A program made the position numbers and the translations under genes. Positions 13,384-26,388 of a DNA stretch of 64,000 bases are shown here, piece after piece. Source of the stretch: Octopus vulgaris (lineage: Eukaryota); the NCBI GenBank assembly GCA_951406725.2, contig OX597833.1, positions 43,772,001 to 43,836,000 on the forward strand, in the 5' to 3' direction. Position 1 is the stretch's first letter, and every line of letters begins with the position of its first letter. Below the pieces are notes generated by a model. That model did no database searches. It saw only the letters and a program-made list of their open reading frames with translations, and had not been told where the DNA came from.

Positions 13384-13740
13384 CAGGAGTGGCTGTGTGG
13401 TAAGTAGCTTGCTAACCAACCACATGGTTCCGGGTTCAGTCCTACTGCGTGGCATCTTGGGCAAGTGTCTTCTGCTATAGCCCCGGGCCGACCAATGCCT
13501 TGTGAGTGGATTTGGTAGACGGAAACTGAAAGAAGCCTGTCGTATATATGTATATATATATGTGCGTATGTGTATATGTTTGTGTGTCTGTGTTTGTCCC
13601 CCCTAGCATTGCTTGACAACCGATGCTGGTTTGTTTAACTTAGCGGTTCGGCAAAAAAGAGACCGATAGAATAAGTACTAAAGGTGGTGCTCCAGCATGG
13701 CCGCAGTCAAATGACTGAAACGAGTAAAAGAGAGAGAGAG
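13384..13740 (+). mobile_element. SINE family 1
   Basis: Homologous to other family-1 copies. Confidence 0.9.
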
Positions 13741-14483
13741 TTTGAAAAAATGTCTTGAGACATTAAATAAGGATTTGTGATTTTAAAAAAAACATTCCAA
13801 TGTTTGACTTCTTTTATCTTACTACCACAAGTCTCTCTATCTCTTATTTTTATCACCTTATCATTCACTCATTTACTCACTCTAGATAATATATTAGACG
13901 TTCTCTTCTGACTGCCTCCGACTTACACTCTGTCACTCATAACTATCTTCCTTTTTTTTCTCCGTCTTACCTTCTTTTCTCTACCCCTCCTTTCAATACT
14001 GGCTTTCCCCCCACTCCCTCGTATTCCTCTCACACTTTAACTACTTAATCCTCCTCTCTTCCTTCCACTATTAAGAAAAATGGAAAACCTGTTACTGTAC
14101 AACCTGCTACGCTTCACCACTTTTAAAAGTTGACCGGGTACTAGTAGCGTAGACTGGACCCTGTTTGCGCACGCGCGCAGACGCGCTGGACAGACGTAGG
14201 TAGTCGATAGCCGATCCTACGAGCTGACTGGCGCATGCGCGATATATACTTGTATCAGACGTGCGCTATTCGCGCATGCGCGCTACATCCCCCACCCCCG
14301 CAATTTTCATTAAGGAAAAATTTTTTTTTTTTAATTCGGATTTTTTGCGTGGAATCAAGTACTTTGACCTCCTTACCCTAATATGCTGCAAATCCCTTAT
14401 TTTGGTTCGGAAATTTTACAGAAATAATATTTCCTGGATGTGAATTACATGGTTCGTTATTAAATATATATAGAAATAGTGTA

Positions 14484-14730
14484 GGATCTTTTCATTTTGA
14501 AGGCCAGATTTTTCAGATTTTTCTAGTTAACTAAATAATTTGAAACTTCGTATACTGGTAGAATGTGTCAAAAGAAAACATTAATTTCAACTAGTTTTTT
14601 TGAGAAAAATATATTTTATAAGTTTAAACGTAGTTTAAATCTGCGAATTTTAACCGATCGTATTGTCTGTTTTGATCTGAAATTATTAGCTGCGTAGTGT
14701 TACTGTGGCGTAGACAGCTATTTTGTGAAA
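14484..14730. mobile_element. Diverged MITE family A-related end; further related ends near 15510-15581 and 15785-15991
   Basis: ggatcttttc terminus followed by aaacttcgtatactggtagaatgtg shared with family A; no matching TSD found. Confidence 0.6.
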
Positions 14731-16209
14731 ATTTTAAACAACGTAGGTAAGAAGTAAGCAAACAGCTGTGGTAGATGTGGTTATCATGGCAGTGGTGGTG
14801 GTGGTTGTGTAGTGGTGACAGTGGATGTGTATGATGGCAGCAATTATAGTGTTGGTGTTTTTGTAGAGGTGGTGGTGGCGGCAGTGGATGATGATGATAA
14901 TGATGATGATAATAGTAGTGGCATTGATTATGTTAGGATGTCTCAGTGGTGGTTGTGAAGATGATTCTGATATTGATAGTCTTTGCATTGAGGTGGTGGC
15001 AGAGTCAGAGTAAATAATAAGAGCCCAGTTAACACAAGATTCTTAAATTTCGGAGATCATAAGATAGAGAGCAAGAAGTTAAAAGTTCCAATACTGGCCC
15101 AATTCGTACACCCCATATTCTTCAACTATTTTATAAGAAAGGGGTTAATGGCAGGATAGGGATTCAGCTTAAAAATAAATTGTATAACAAAAAATACATA
15201 AATACATAATTACATCCAACGATGTAATTTTAGTATGTGTGTATGTATGGATCAAAACAGTTTGATTCAAATTCCGTGGTACTTATATATTCATACATAC
15301 ATATACATGTAGATGTATATAACATATATATATATTGTATGTAAACATCTTTTATATATATATAATGTATGCATCTATAATACACACACATTATAAATAT
15401 ATACACATATATGCATTAGCATATGTGTGTATAGGTGTATATATATATATGCATATGTTTGTATACATGTGTGTGTAGCTATTTAGGATCTACACAAATT
15501 TTATATATACTCCACGAAGTTTGAAAGTGTTTAGTTAGAAAAAATTATTTTTTAAATCTGTAGGTCAAAAGGTAAAGATCCGGTATTTTAAATTTTTGTT
15601 GCATTTCTAATCTTTCTGATATCTAAGGATGGATATTTATGCGTATGAATCTTTTTATTTTTATTTTGTTTCAAATATAATTCTAGGGAACTGAAAAAGC
15701 TGTGTATGATGCCAAGTGAATTTAGCTGTTTACGATAAGCGGATGTTTACGTTTTAGCTATATACATGTTTACGTTAACTACATCACAAAATAGCTGTTT
15801 ACGTCATTGATTGGTTGAAATTGCAGAAATTGAAGAAAAAAACAACAAATATCTTACAAACTATGGAATTTTCTCAATAAAGCCAAGAGAAAAAGATGTG
15901 TTATAAACACATTCTACCCGCGTACGAAGTTTAAATTTTTTTAGTTACCTAGAAATTATGTTAAAATCTGACGTTCAAACTGAAAAGATCCGGTCTTTTT
16001 ACAATTCTGTGCAGATCATGACGAAATCGACTAAATCTGTCCATTCCTGAAAATACTCTTTCAGAGTTATCCCCCTTAACGCAAACTAGTGAATAGAAAA
16101 AGTAAAAGAGCGCAAAGAACCACACATCAAATATCAATAACTAATTATCATATAATGAATATCTTTTATAATAATATAATGGGAGAAACGGGATGTTGTC
16201 ACGATCGGA

Positions 16210-16212
<3 letters not shown>

Positions 16213-16275
<63 letters not shown>
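16213..16275. repeat. (TA)n microsatellite
   Basis: Direct inspection. Confidence 0.95.
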
Positions 16276-16279
<4 letters not shown>

Positions 16280-16444
16280 TTTTGGCAAATTAATTTCCTT
16301 AAAATAATAGGTATATTTATAAAAACATATAGTTTATATTCATTTACAGAAGAAAAAGAAAATGGAGATCGGGAAGTTAATAACTGTTTATTATTAACAG
16401 CAGTTTAATCATCATCCCTAACAGCTGGTTCAATTAATATTCAG

Positions 16445-16866
16445 TGATTTTTTCGGTTTCAACGGCACTTTTTAAAAATAATTTCAACATAACTAAACAC
16501 TTTTAAACTTCGTATACTGGTAGAATGTGTTTATAAAACATCTTTTTCTCTTGGCTTTATTGTGAAAATTCTATAGTTTGTAAGATATTTGTTGTTGTTT
16601 TTTCTTCAATTTATGCAATTTCAACCAATCAATGATGTCTATTGAGGTGAAAACATTCTGTGCCGTATGAATATGACCCTCGTTTAAGAAACAGATTGGG
16701 TTTATTTACATTTGTGAAGAAAAAAGATACCCTTCTCCTAACCCTAACCCTAACTCTAACCCTAAAACAGATTGAAATGCAATAGATCGATACTAGGGTC
16801 ATAATTATGTGTGACAATTTCATATGACACCGCTAGAAAAAACTGCTGTTCAAGCCGAAAAGATCT
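16445..16866. mobile_element. MITE family A, complete, older copy
   Basis: Collinear with 62519-62936; degenerate 8-bp TSD atattcag / atgttcaa. Confidence 0.85.
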
Positions 16867-17139
16867 ATGTTCAATAGTAAATATTAAGTAAATGTTAAAT
16901 TTATATGACCTGAGCATAATATCTTCAGAGGGAAAAGAATATATCCTTGAAAGCTTTATATGTGTTTATTGATTCCATATAGCAGATTGAATGATAGGAT
17001 TTATAATGAATTTAATATTTACTTCATATTTTCTGAGTATTAATCGAAACAGCTGTAAGGGATGATGATTGATTTGGTGTTAATAATAAATAACTAACTT
17101 CTTAATCTCCATTTACTTTTTCCTTTGATATACATACAT

Positions 17140-17380
17140 ATGTGGCTTAGTGGTTAGGGTGTCAGCATCATGATCGTAACATTGTGGTTTCGATTCCTGG
17201 ACCGGGCGACGCGTTGGTTTCTTGAGCCAAACACTTCATTTCACGTTGCTCCAGTCCACTTAGCTGGCAAAAATGAGTAACGCCTGGAATGGACTGGCAT
17301 CCCGTCCAGCTGGGGAATACATACGCCATAGAAACCGGGCCCATGAGCCTGGCTAGGCTTTAAAAGGGCGCATTTATTTT
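17140..17380 (+). mobile_element. tRNA-derived SINE with V-domain-like motif
   Basis: gtggcttagtggttagg A-box, ttcgattcc B-box, atggactggcatcccgtccag, 3' end shared with 29887-30196. Confidence 0.75.
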
Positions 17381-17433
17381 AAATGGCGGTGCCCCAGCAT
17401 GGCCACAGCTCGTGAGTTGAAACTAGATAAAAA

Positions 17434-17484
<51 letters not shown>

Positions 17485-17624
17485 CACACACACAAATATT
17501 AAATGAAATAGAGAAATATAACTGACAAACTAAAAATTTATTTACATTATAATATAACATGCTATGAAAAGATGCAATATAATATAACATAATAAATCTT
17601 TAAAAAAGGAATATAAAGCCAACA

Positions 17625-17655
<31 letters not shown>

Positions 17656-17866
17656 AATACAGTGTACATTTAAACACATAAGAGATGGCCATTACAGGAC
17701 ATCTGACTCGCTACAAAGAGTAGTTAAACTACAAACCACTAATAGTTGTTATTCTGAAAGGGAATGAAAAATAAAAACATTGACTCTATTTTTTGCTATT
17801 CTATATATATGTATGCATGTATTTATCTTTTTTTCTCTTTTCTCACAGAAACACTCATACATATGA

Positions 17867-18011
<145 letters not shown>

Positions 18012-18352
18012 GGATAACTAATGAAAAGCTGTATACAGAAAAGAAAGTTATTTTATTCAATACGGGTAGAAATATAGAAAAAAGTTGAAAATGCATTGGG
18101 ATTCGCTTGGTGAGTGTGTGTGCGTGTGTTTGTGTATATATATATATATATATATAAAGGAAATGAAGAAAATGCTGACAAAATAATTTAAGTAAAGGAG
18201 AGTGTATTTAATTAGGTGAAAGTTCTTTTTACCGGTTGCGCAATGCGGAATGGTCATTTTGCCAGTTTAGCCAATAAAAACACACGCACTATATATTTGG
18301 TGTTATTTTGCTTCAGTGTTATTTATTTTTTACATGAATCTTAATCTTATTT

Positions 18353-18398
18353 GGGCCAGAGTTCTTTCGTCACACTCCTGTGACCGCATCAGTGGTCC
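18353..18398 (-). ncRNA. Minimal type I hammerhead ribozyme-like motif
   Basis: ggacca-CTGATGC-G-GTCACA(ggag)TGTGAC-GAAA-gaac-TC-tggccc; helices I and II pair, A9 replaced by C. Confidence 0.55.
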
Positions 18399-18435
18399 TT
18401 TCTTTCCACACATGACTTCACATAAAAAATCTTGC

Positions 18436-18507
<72 letters not shown>

Positions 18508-19387
18508 TATATATATATAACGGATTAAGTCGACTTCATCGACCCCAGTGCGTAACTGGTACTTAATTTATCGACCCCGAGAGGATGAAAGGCAAAGTCG
18601 ACCTCGGCGGAATTTGAACTCAAAACGTAGCGACGGACTAAAAACCGCGAAGCACTTCGCCCGGCATGCTAACGTCTCTGCCATTATTTTCATAAAAACT
18701 GCAGTAAATTTTAAACTTTTCTTAAAATTCAAATTACAATGAATAATTCATTTGATTATTTACCCCCAGTGGTGATTTACAAGTAGGAAATTGATCTTTG
18801 TGTACACAAAATGGTATTTAAAAAAAGTTAAATTAAAATTGTTTCCTGCCAATAAATTTGTAAAAATATTCAGTGACCGAGATATATGTGTTATATGCAT
18901 TCTATGATATATGTTATATGTATTGTAAGTACAGTGATGTGATTTTATTTCTGAAACACACGACATAACTGACACATTTTAAGTAGATCTTAAAAACCGC
19001 CATTTTACTGACCGTTAGACTTTCTAGATTTAATTAAAAAATAACAACTTTCTGAAAATAATTTAGTAACGTTAGAGTTATGTCCCTTTTCTTTATCTCA
19101 TTATTACTGTTTACTTTTTGAAAATTTTCCGTAGCTGATAGATAGATTCCTAAATTTGTTTAAAATGTAAGAAATAATATCGTGTTTTAAAATAAAAGTC
19201 CTTAAAAATCCGTGATTCTGCCTTCGTTTCCATATATTTTTGTAGTTTTTCTTGAGTTTTAAAATTAAGTGGACATTAGATTAAATAGAGATCCTTTAGC
19301 ACTTTCGTAAACATATTTGAAACATACATCCTGTGTTTCAATTAATTTTAGAATAACTAAAATAACATTGTCATTATTAAGCTGGAG

Positions 19388-20014
19388 GGTTAATATATAG
19401 TTTAATTCTGGTCACAAAAAAAACCCAGTCTTATCGGTGTAAGAAAATGTGTTGAAAACGAATATAAGAACAAAAATTTGCGCAAACGAACGGGTGTCGG
19501 GAGAAGTCTTTTGGAAAATTATCACAATCCGATTTTCCCCTCATAACATTCAGAAAAAAAGGATATATATCAATGAAATTTTATAGAAACACCTTTTAAA
19601 TGGCATAGATTAAGATAATAAAGAAATTTGTGGAGAAAATGTTTTCCGAAGGGATGGGGAGAGGACTGTCGGAAAATTCACATGATCCGAAAGTTATGAG
19701 AAAAAAAATCGGATCATGTGAATTTTCCAAAATCTCCCTTCCCCTTTGGAAACATTTCCCTGAGAAATTCCTTCATAATCGTAATCTGACATTTGAACAG
19801 CATTCCTCTAAAATGTCAGTAATATATGTCCATTTCCCTGAAAGTTATGATGGAAAAATCGGATCGTATGAATTTTTCGAAAGTCGTCTCCCATCCACCT
19901 CCGTTCATTTGTGCAAATTTTTGTTTTCATATTCTTTTTCTATACATTTTTTTACACCCATTAGACTGTTTTTTTGTTTGTTTTGGTGACCGGGAGTTAA
20001 ACTATATATTAACC
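19388..20014. mobile_element. Foldback MITE (627 bp) with ~300-bp imperfect TIRs, GG termini
   Basis: ggttaatatatagtttaa ... ttaaactatatattaacc; perfect 8-bp TSD agctggag (19380-19387, 20015-20022); palindromic centre ggaaaattcacatgatccga / tcggatcatgtgaattttcc. Confidence 0.9.
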
Positions 20015-20070
20015 AGCTGGAGTTTATAACATAAATTAATTTGAAATTTTAACGGAAAGTTTTCATTTCA

Positions 20071-20445
20071 CTGTTTGACGTTCGTAAAATCATAGATATC
20101 GAAAAAGTTTATTTCAGCAAATCATTTCATTATTATAAGTAGTTCCCACTGCGAATAAGAAGTAAAAAGCAAGGAAAACGTTAGACTTAATCTGAATAGA
20201 GTTTTGCCGTGGGGACATGTGAGAATTCTCCCACATTCACGGCGGGTACACCAGGCAATAAAAGTCGCCGAGTTTGAAGATCGAGCCAGTGTCGTAATTG
20301 TATGCCTTTCATTATCTGCTGAACTGTAAGTACTTCATTGGGATTCACAATAAAATGAGGAGCAGCAGCGTGTCAACAAGACATTCTAATCAAGTTGAAA
20401 TGTAATCGAAACGAAAACTAATTCGATTTTACGAACGTCAAATAG
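20071..20445. mobile_element. Putative MITE with 21-bp TIRs and central hairpin
   Basis: ctgtttgacgttcgtaaaatc / gattttacgaacgtcaaatag; no clear TSD. Confidence 0.55.
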
Positions 20446-20596
20446 GAAGCTACTACTATCTGTATCGTAAGATCTGGAACGGTCTCCGGTGCATTGATAT
20501 GAAACAGATTAATACCGCAGATTGTAGCTTCAGTCGAATGAATACGTCTTGAGCGAAATTTTCAACTAGTACCACTTGGATGCGGTAGATTCAGAA

Positions 20597-21130
20597 TATA
20601 TGGGACTTTTGGGAAAGAATTTTTCTGAGGGGCGGAGAGGAATTTTGGAAAATTCCCACTACCCAAATTTTTTCCTTCACAACTTTCAGGAAAACGGGTA
20701 TGTTTTAATGAAATTTTATACAAGTACCTTTCAAACGGCTTAGATTATGATTCTAAAGAAATTTGTTGGGAAAATTTTTTTAAAGAGGAGTTTCGGATCA
20801 CGAAGCCCACATAGGTTGGAATTTCTCCGTTTTGACGGAGATGTTTTTTTCATTTTTTCCCCCACAAACTTCGAAACGATGGTGGTGGTGGGGGGGGGGG
20901 GGGCATATTTTTTTTTGAAAAAAGTTTTGAAAATATGTTTCTTTTCACTTCCCCTCACCACCACACTCCAGACCGGTTTTGGCCATTTATTTATTAAATT
21001 ACACTACGCACTTAAAAACCATGGGAAAAACCTTTTCGGTAAGAAAAAAAGTTGTAAATATTTTCAGAGTAAAGGTGTACGATTCAAGGGAGATTTGACT
21101 GTTGTTTCTTGCACATCCCAAAATCACTCT
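20597..21130. mobile_element. Dispersed repeat related to the foldback MITE internal motifs; reverse-complement copy at ~49935-50415
   Basis: Collinear similarity between the two loci and shared ctgaaagttatga motifs with 19388-20014. Confidence 0.65.
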
Positions 21131-21696
21131 CCACGCTTCTTACTCACTCTGATATATATAGATGTTTTTTAATAATTTTCTCCCCCAAAACACATTTATG
21201 CTATTAAAAAATTTGAAAATTTATCATTGTTTTTCAGTATCACTTTCGGACCCCGACTGTTCAGTTTATAATTTTAAAATATTGAAAAGCCCGCCGTCAT
21301 TTCCGGGATTTATCTACAGGGATTTTAAAAAAGTATCCATTTTTCTGGAAGTTGTGAGGTACACATCTGTAGTTATGCTAAATTTATTTATTACTGAGAA
21401 TAAGAGGAATATGTCGAAGTGTTTATATCCTAAATACCATGATCTAACAAATCGACCTCCCTATTTACGGCTTCGTAGATTGTACATTCGGCCGATAACG
21501 ATTTCCAGCCGTGTATCATATTTCTATTTATGTAACCTTACTGTCAATCCATATATTACCTATTCAATGTTAGGTAGTTCAACCAAAGTGCATAATAAAT
21601 ATCACGTCAGGTTGAACCTCTGTATAGTACTTGATTATAGACAATACGTATTTACTACTTCCATATAGTACTTAATTTGTACTAAGGTGACAATAC

Positions 21697-22113
21697 CTAT
21701 TTCTTTACTACCTACAAGGGGCTAAACACAGAGAGGACAAACAAGGACAGACAAACGGATTAAGTCGAATATATCGACCCCAGTGCGTAACTGGTACTTA
21801 TTTAATCGACCCCGAAAGGATGAAAGGCAAAGTCGACCTCGGCGGAATTTGAACTCAGAATGTAACGGCAGACGAAATACCTATTTCTTTACTACCCACA
21901 AGGGGCTAAACACAGAGAGGCCAAACAAGGACAGACAACGGATTAAGTCGATTATATCGACCCAGTGCGTAACTGGTACATACTTAATCGACCCCGAAAG
22001 GATGGAAGGCAAAGTCGACCTCGTCGGAATTTGAACTCAGAACGTAGCGGCAGACGAAATACTGCTAAATATTTTGCCCGGCATGCTAACGATTCTGCCA
22101 GCTCATCCGCCTT
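21697..22113 (-). mobile_element. SINE family 2, head plus two bodies
   Basis: 14-bp TSD taaggtgacaatac (21683-21696, 22114-22127). Confidence 0.9.
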
Positions 22114-23024
22114 TAAGGTGACAATACAACTCTTCTTACGATAAAATTCTTGGAATAGTTTCGCCAACATTTGGTAGGCGTAGAACTTATTTGAAAAGAG
22201 GTATTCTGTAAAGTTCATTATTAGGGATTGAAGTGTATGTTGATGTATTTATTATCCTAAACATGTACAAATTGTCCTCTACATAGATCCTATTTACATC
22301 TCGCTAGATTGTAATTTCGCTTGGTAAGTAATAAGTTTGCAAAATTTATATCTTGACCATTTTACTTAAATTTTATTCTGAAAAGAAATCACGAATCACT
22401 TATTTGAAATTTTCTCTTTTAACAAGCATTTTGAAAAATTTCATTTCTAGAATTATAAAATTAATGGAATAGAATATTATAGACGAAAGATATTTTATTC
22501 AGATATTTATTTATTTAGGTATTTACGCTGTTCAGTAAAGAAAGCAATAGTTATAATTTATAAACAACACTGATGTAATTATCTGGTGATAGAATAGGGG
22601 AGATAACTTTAAATGGCAAATTAATTCTGAGGTGGTCCAAAAAGAATTCCAAATTATCTATACGGCGGTAGTGGTGTTGAGAATAAAGAAAGGTGTAGTC
22701 GAACACAACAGAATTTTGATGGAGATGATATAATTATAGTCAAAATACGTGAAAACGAAGTAAAATTGCTGTGACGAAGTCTGCTCTGAGTTTCTTCTGC
22801 ACAATACAAATGTCCTGTTTTTTTGCTTTATCCTTTTATTGCATATTCATATGTGATTGAAAATGGATTCTCTATGACAATCAGAGCATCCTACTCAGGG
22901 GCTAGATCAAGTGAAGCATTTGCTCTAGCCCCTGTTCCGTTCTTGGGTTCTTTTTTCTTTTATTTCCTAGCCGCTAGGTTCTTTTCATAACCGAAGCTAT
23001 TTCAAAAAGTTATCGTCCTTGTTT

Positions 23025-23265
23025 TAAATAATAATAATAATGAAATTATTGTATACAGTGCTCAGGTGCACTACAACTTGTCAGAAAGTGCGTATAAAGT
23101 ATATGCAGTAATGTACAAATGTCTGGAAAGTGAACAGTGTATGAGTCAGATACATCCTTGCGTGTGTATGGAGGGGAGAAAATCAGGTGTAGTGTCGGCG
23201 AATCTCAGGAAGCATGGAAGTTTTGAAGGATGCAGTGCTCCGACAACTAACAACTGATGCCGGCA
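23025..23265 (-). mobile_element. Probable CR1/L2-group LINE 3' end with (ATT)n tail
   Basis: Minus strand VVSCRSTASFKT followed by a 3' UTR and short trinucleotide tail. Confidence 0.45.
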
Positions 23266-24147
23266 TATTGTTGTCAATATGTGGAATCAAACATTATTAA
23301 TTTTTTAATTATGGCAAAATCATCCACAACAGAGAAGTATTGACAGGAAAATGACAAAATGTGTCAAAAACTGCGACGTTTGTGTCCGAAACTGGTTAAT
23401 CGGGGGGTGGGGAGACCAGTTCTTCGTCGTGATAACGACCAGCCTTGCCGCCTTCCGTGAGATTAGACGAGTCGCCCAGAACGGACCGCCACTCCTCGTC
23501 TCCCCCTAATCTTAGGTACGCTACTGGAATCCTTCGCATGTAGCAGATTCCACATATGGAGAGTGAAACACTGTTGTACAGGGTCAAGACCATTATTAAC
23601 GTATCACTGAATATTTTTGAGATATTTTAGTCAAGAGTAAAATGAAATGAGCTCAACTAAAGATCGAAACCAAGTTAGGCACTCATTGCACTTCTACTCC
23701 TAAGTACCAAACAAATTCGTTCTTTTTTTTTTATTTTTTATTTTTTCATTTATTCTCATCCTTGTCAATGGTGTTTGAATTAACGCGAAAAATATTTTTA
23801 TCGTAGTAATGCATATTTGCTGCAGCATTATTCTTACTCTACAGCTTTTGCTTCTTGTATTTGAAATTTGAATACATTTTACCGTTTTTCAATATAGGTA
23901 GTGTGTTGAATTTGTAATTCATAGCAGAATTTGATAGAGTTAGAATGAATAACAGACCAATAAATTATATAAAATTATTATTTTCCTGATGATTTGAAGG
24001 GTTTTGAAAACAAACAAACAGTTCACCTGTGTAATGAAAAACCATTTCTTTTGTTGAGTTTTAATCGACCCATTCTGCATATCACAGTTAGTTCTTATTC
24101 ATTGCAAACTATTGAATATTAATATGTTTTAGTCTAATTACAACATT

Positions 24148-25081
24148 CTTTTCTACACTAGGCACTAGGTCCGAAACTTTTTGTGAGGTGGAGCAGTCGA
24201 TTAGATCGACCAAGTACGCAACTGGTACTTAATTTATCGACCCCGAAAGGATGAAAGGCAAAGTCGACCTCAGCGGAATTCGAACTCAGAACATAAAGAC
24301 AGACGAAATACCTATTTCTTTACTACCCACAAGGGGCTAAACACAGAGAGGACAAACAAGGACAGACAAACGGATTAAGTCGATTATATCGACTCCAGTG
24401 CGTAACTGGTACTTATTTAATCGACCCCGAAAGGATGAAAGGCAAAGTCGACCTCAGCGGAATTCGAACTCAGAATATAAAGACAGACGAAATACCTATT
24501 TCTTTACTACCCATAAGGGGCTAAACACAGAGAGGACAAACAGGGACAGACAAACGGATTAAATCGATTATATCGACCCCAGTGCGTAACTGGTACTTAT
24601 TTAATCGACCTCGAAAGGATGAAAGGCAAAGTCGACCCCGACGGAATTTGAACTCAAAACGTAGCGGCAGGCGAAATACCTATTTCTTTATTACCCACAA
24701 GGGGATAAACATAGAGGGGACAAACAAGGACAGACATAGGTATTAAGTCGATCACATCGACCCCAGTGCGTAACTGGTACTTATTTAATCGACCCCGGAA
24801 GGATGAAAGGCAAAGTCGACCTCGATGGAATTTGAACTCACAACGTAACGGCAGACGAAATACCTATTTCTTTACTACCCACAAGGGACTAAGCACAGAG
24901 GGGACAAACAAGGACAGACAAACGGATTAAGTCGATTATATCGACCCCAGTGTGCAACTGGTACTTTTTTAATGAAAGGCAAAGTCGACCTCGGCGGAAT
25001 TTGAACACAGAACCTAGCGGCAGACGAAATACGGCTACGCATTTCGCCCGGCGTGCTAACGGTTCTGCCGGCTCGCCGCCT
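24148..25081 (-). mobile_element. SINE family 2 tandem array: one head, five ~183-bp bodies, last body with a different 3' module
   Basis: Four junctions gaaatacctatttc; degenerate TSD tagtctaattacaacat / tagtttaactacaatat. Confidence 0.9.
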
Positions 25082-25992
25082 TAGTTTAACTACAATATCG
25101 CGGTAACTTTAAGCATTCTTTGTTTATCTTTATATTTTAAAACAAAACTTCCCTCTTTCAGATTTTCTTCAAAGTTGAACTTACTTTCACTGACAGTTGT
25201 TAAATATGTTTCTGTAAGAATTCCCTGAACGATTCTTACTTTCATGTAATATTCCTCTTCCCTGTCCTTCAGTTGCTTTTCGTTTCTGTATATCTAATTG
25301 CTGTTATTGACAAATGGCATCTTCTAATTATGTTGTGTTACATCAACAAATCCATCTCAATACCAATAATATACAGAAATAAACTCAATTTACTGAATCA
25401 CCTATGGCCAGTCGGCATAAATATTTATGTAGATGTACGTGGTAAAACTCATCAGAAAGACAACGCAACAACATCCTGTTCCTTCCAGTCTATGGTTCTG
25501 ATGTATCTATATCTAATTATTGATAATATTCACGTGTCTACTTGGAATTTTATACAAGAATGGTGACAATTGTTATCTGGGGAAATAAGCCTGAATGATA
25601 ATTTAGTGACTTGTTTTGATGATCTGTTATCTAAAAATAGGCAGAGTCAGAATTGAGAAGATTTAAACGTAGAACAATGAGTCTAAATACCTGAAAGGTA
25701 TATCGTCACTGTATGTTTAATTATTGAAACGCAAAGAGAAACATGATTTATCCACAATGATCTGGTTCCGCATACCAATGCACCGAACACAAATTGTCGA
25801 AGTAAATATTATAAACATTTATTCCTCTACTCCACTCCACTCGCCTTTCTTAGAGTTCAGCATCTGAAATGCTTATAGTTACTGTTACGACAGCGTCAAG
25901 CCGGCAAGTGGTATATAATTTCCGAAACTGCAACCGTAACTTCAGCCCTGAAGGGGTGGTCGGGGAGATGACGGATAAGTACTGATATTATA

Positions 25993-26388
25993 TTAGACTC
26001 GCAGTCCCTGTGCAAATTTCACGGCTCATTTTGTGCTACAGTGATAGCCAAAAACATCTCCTCTTTCCGTGATAATATTCTGTCATCTGTTTCGCTTCAT
26101 AATTTTTCGAATAGTTTTTAGGAAAGCTTGTCCATTCTCTTCAATCGTGTTTTCTTTTCTAGCCTATTTTCTCATTCCGGTTGGTGCAAAATATCCTTGT
26201 CTTTCATCATCGTTAGTATTTTGCCTTCTTTATTGATTAATAATTCTTTCTCTTTCTTTATTAATTTCAGCTTCGTCATTCGCCATACGACAGATCTCTT
26301 TTACACTACAGGAATCTGTCGTTAACACTTTAATATAAAATGTACCACAAAATGAGCCGTGAAATTTGCACAGGGACTGCGAGTCTAA
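25993..26388. mobile_element. Tc1/mariner-type MITE with 48-bp TIRs and TA TSD
   Basis: ta-ttagactcgcagtccctgtgcaaatttcacggctcattttgtg(c/g)taca inverted at 26341-26390 with one mismatch. Confidence 0.85.

Noticed and set aside
14484-15581. Single 1.1-kb TIR element between two GGATC ends
   Set aside because: Flanks atagtgta and ggtatttt do not form a TSD; both ends look like the same terminus from separate copies
16737-16765. Interstitial telomere or chromosome fusion scar
   Set aside because: Short run inside a MITE, present at the same position in other copies
24148-25081. Regular repeat array as CRISPR or tRNA gene cluster
   Set aside because: Units are contiguous SINE bodies without unique spacers; eukaryotic context; no complete cloverleaf
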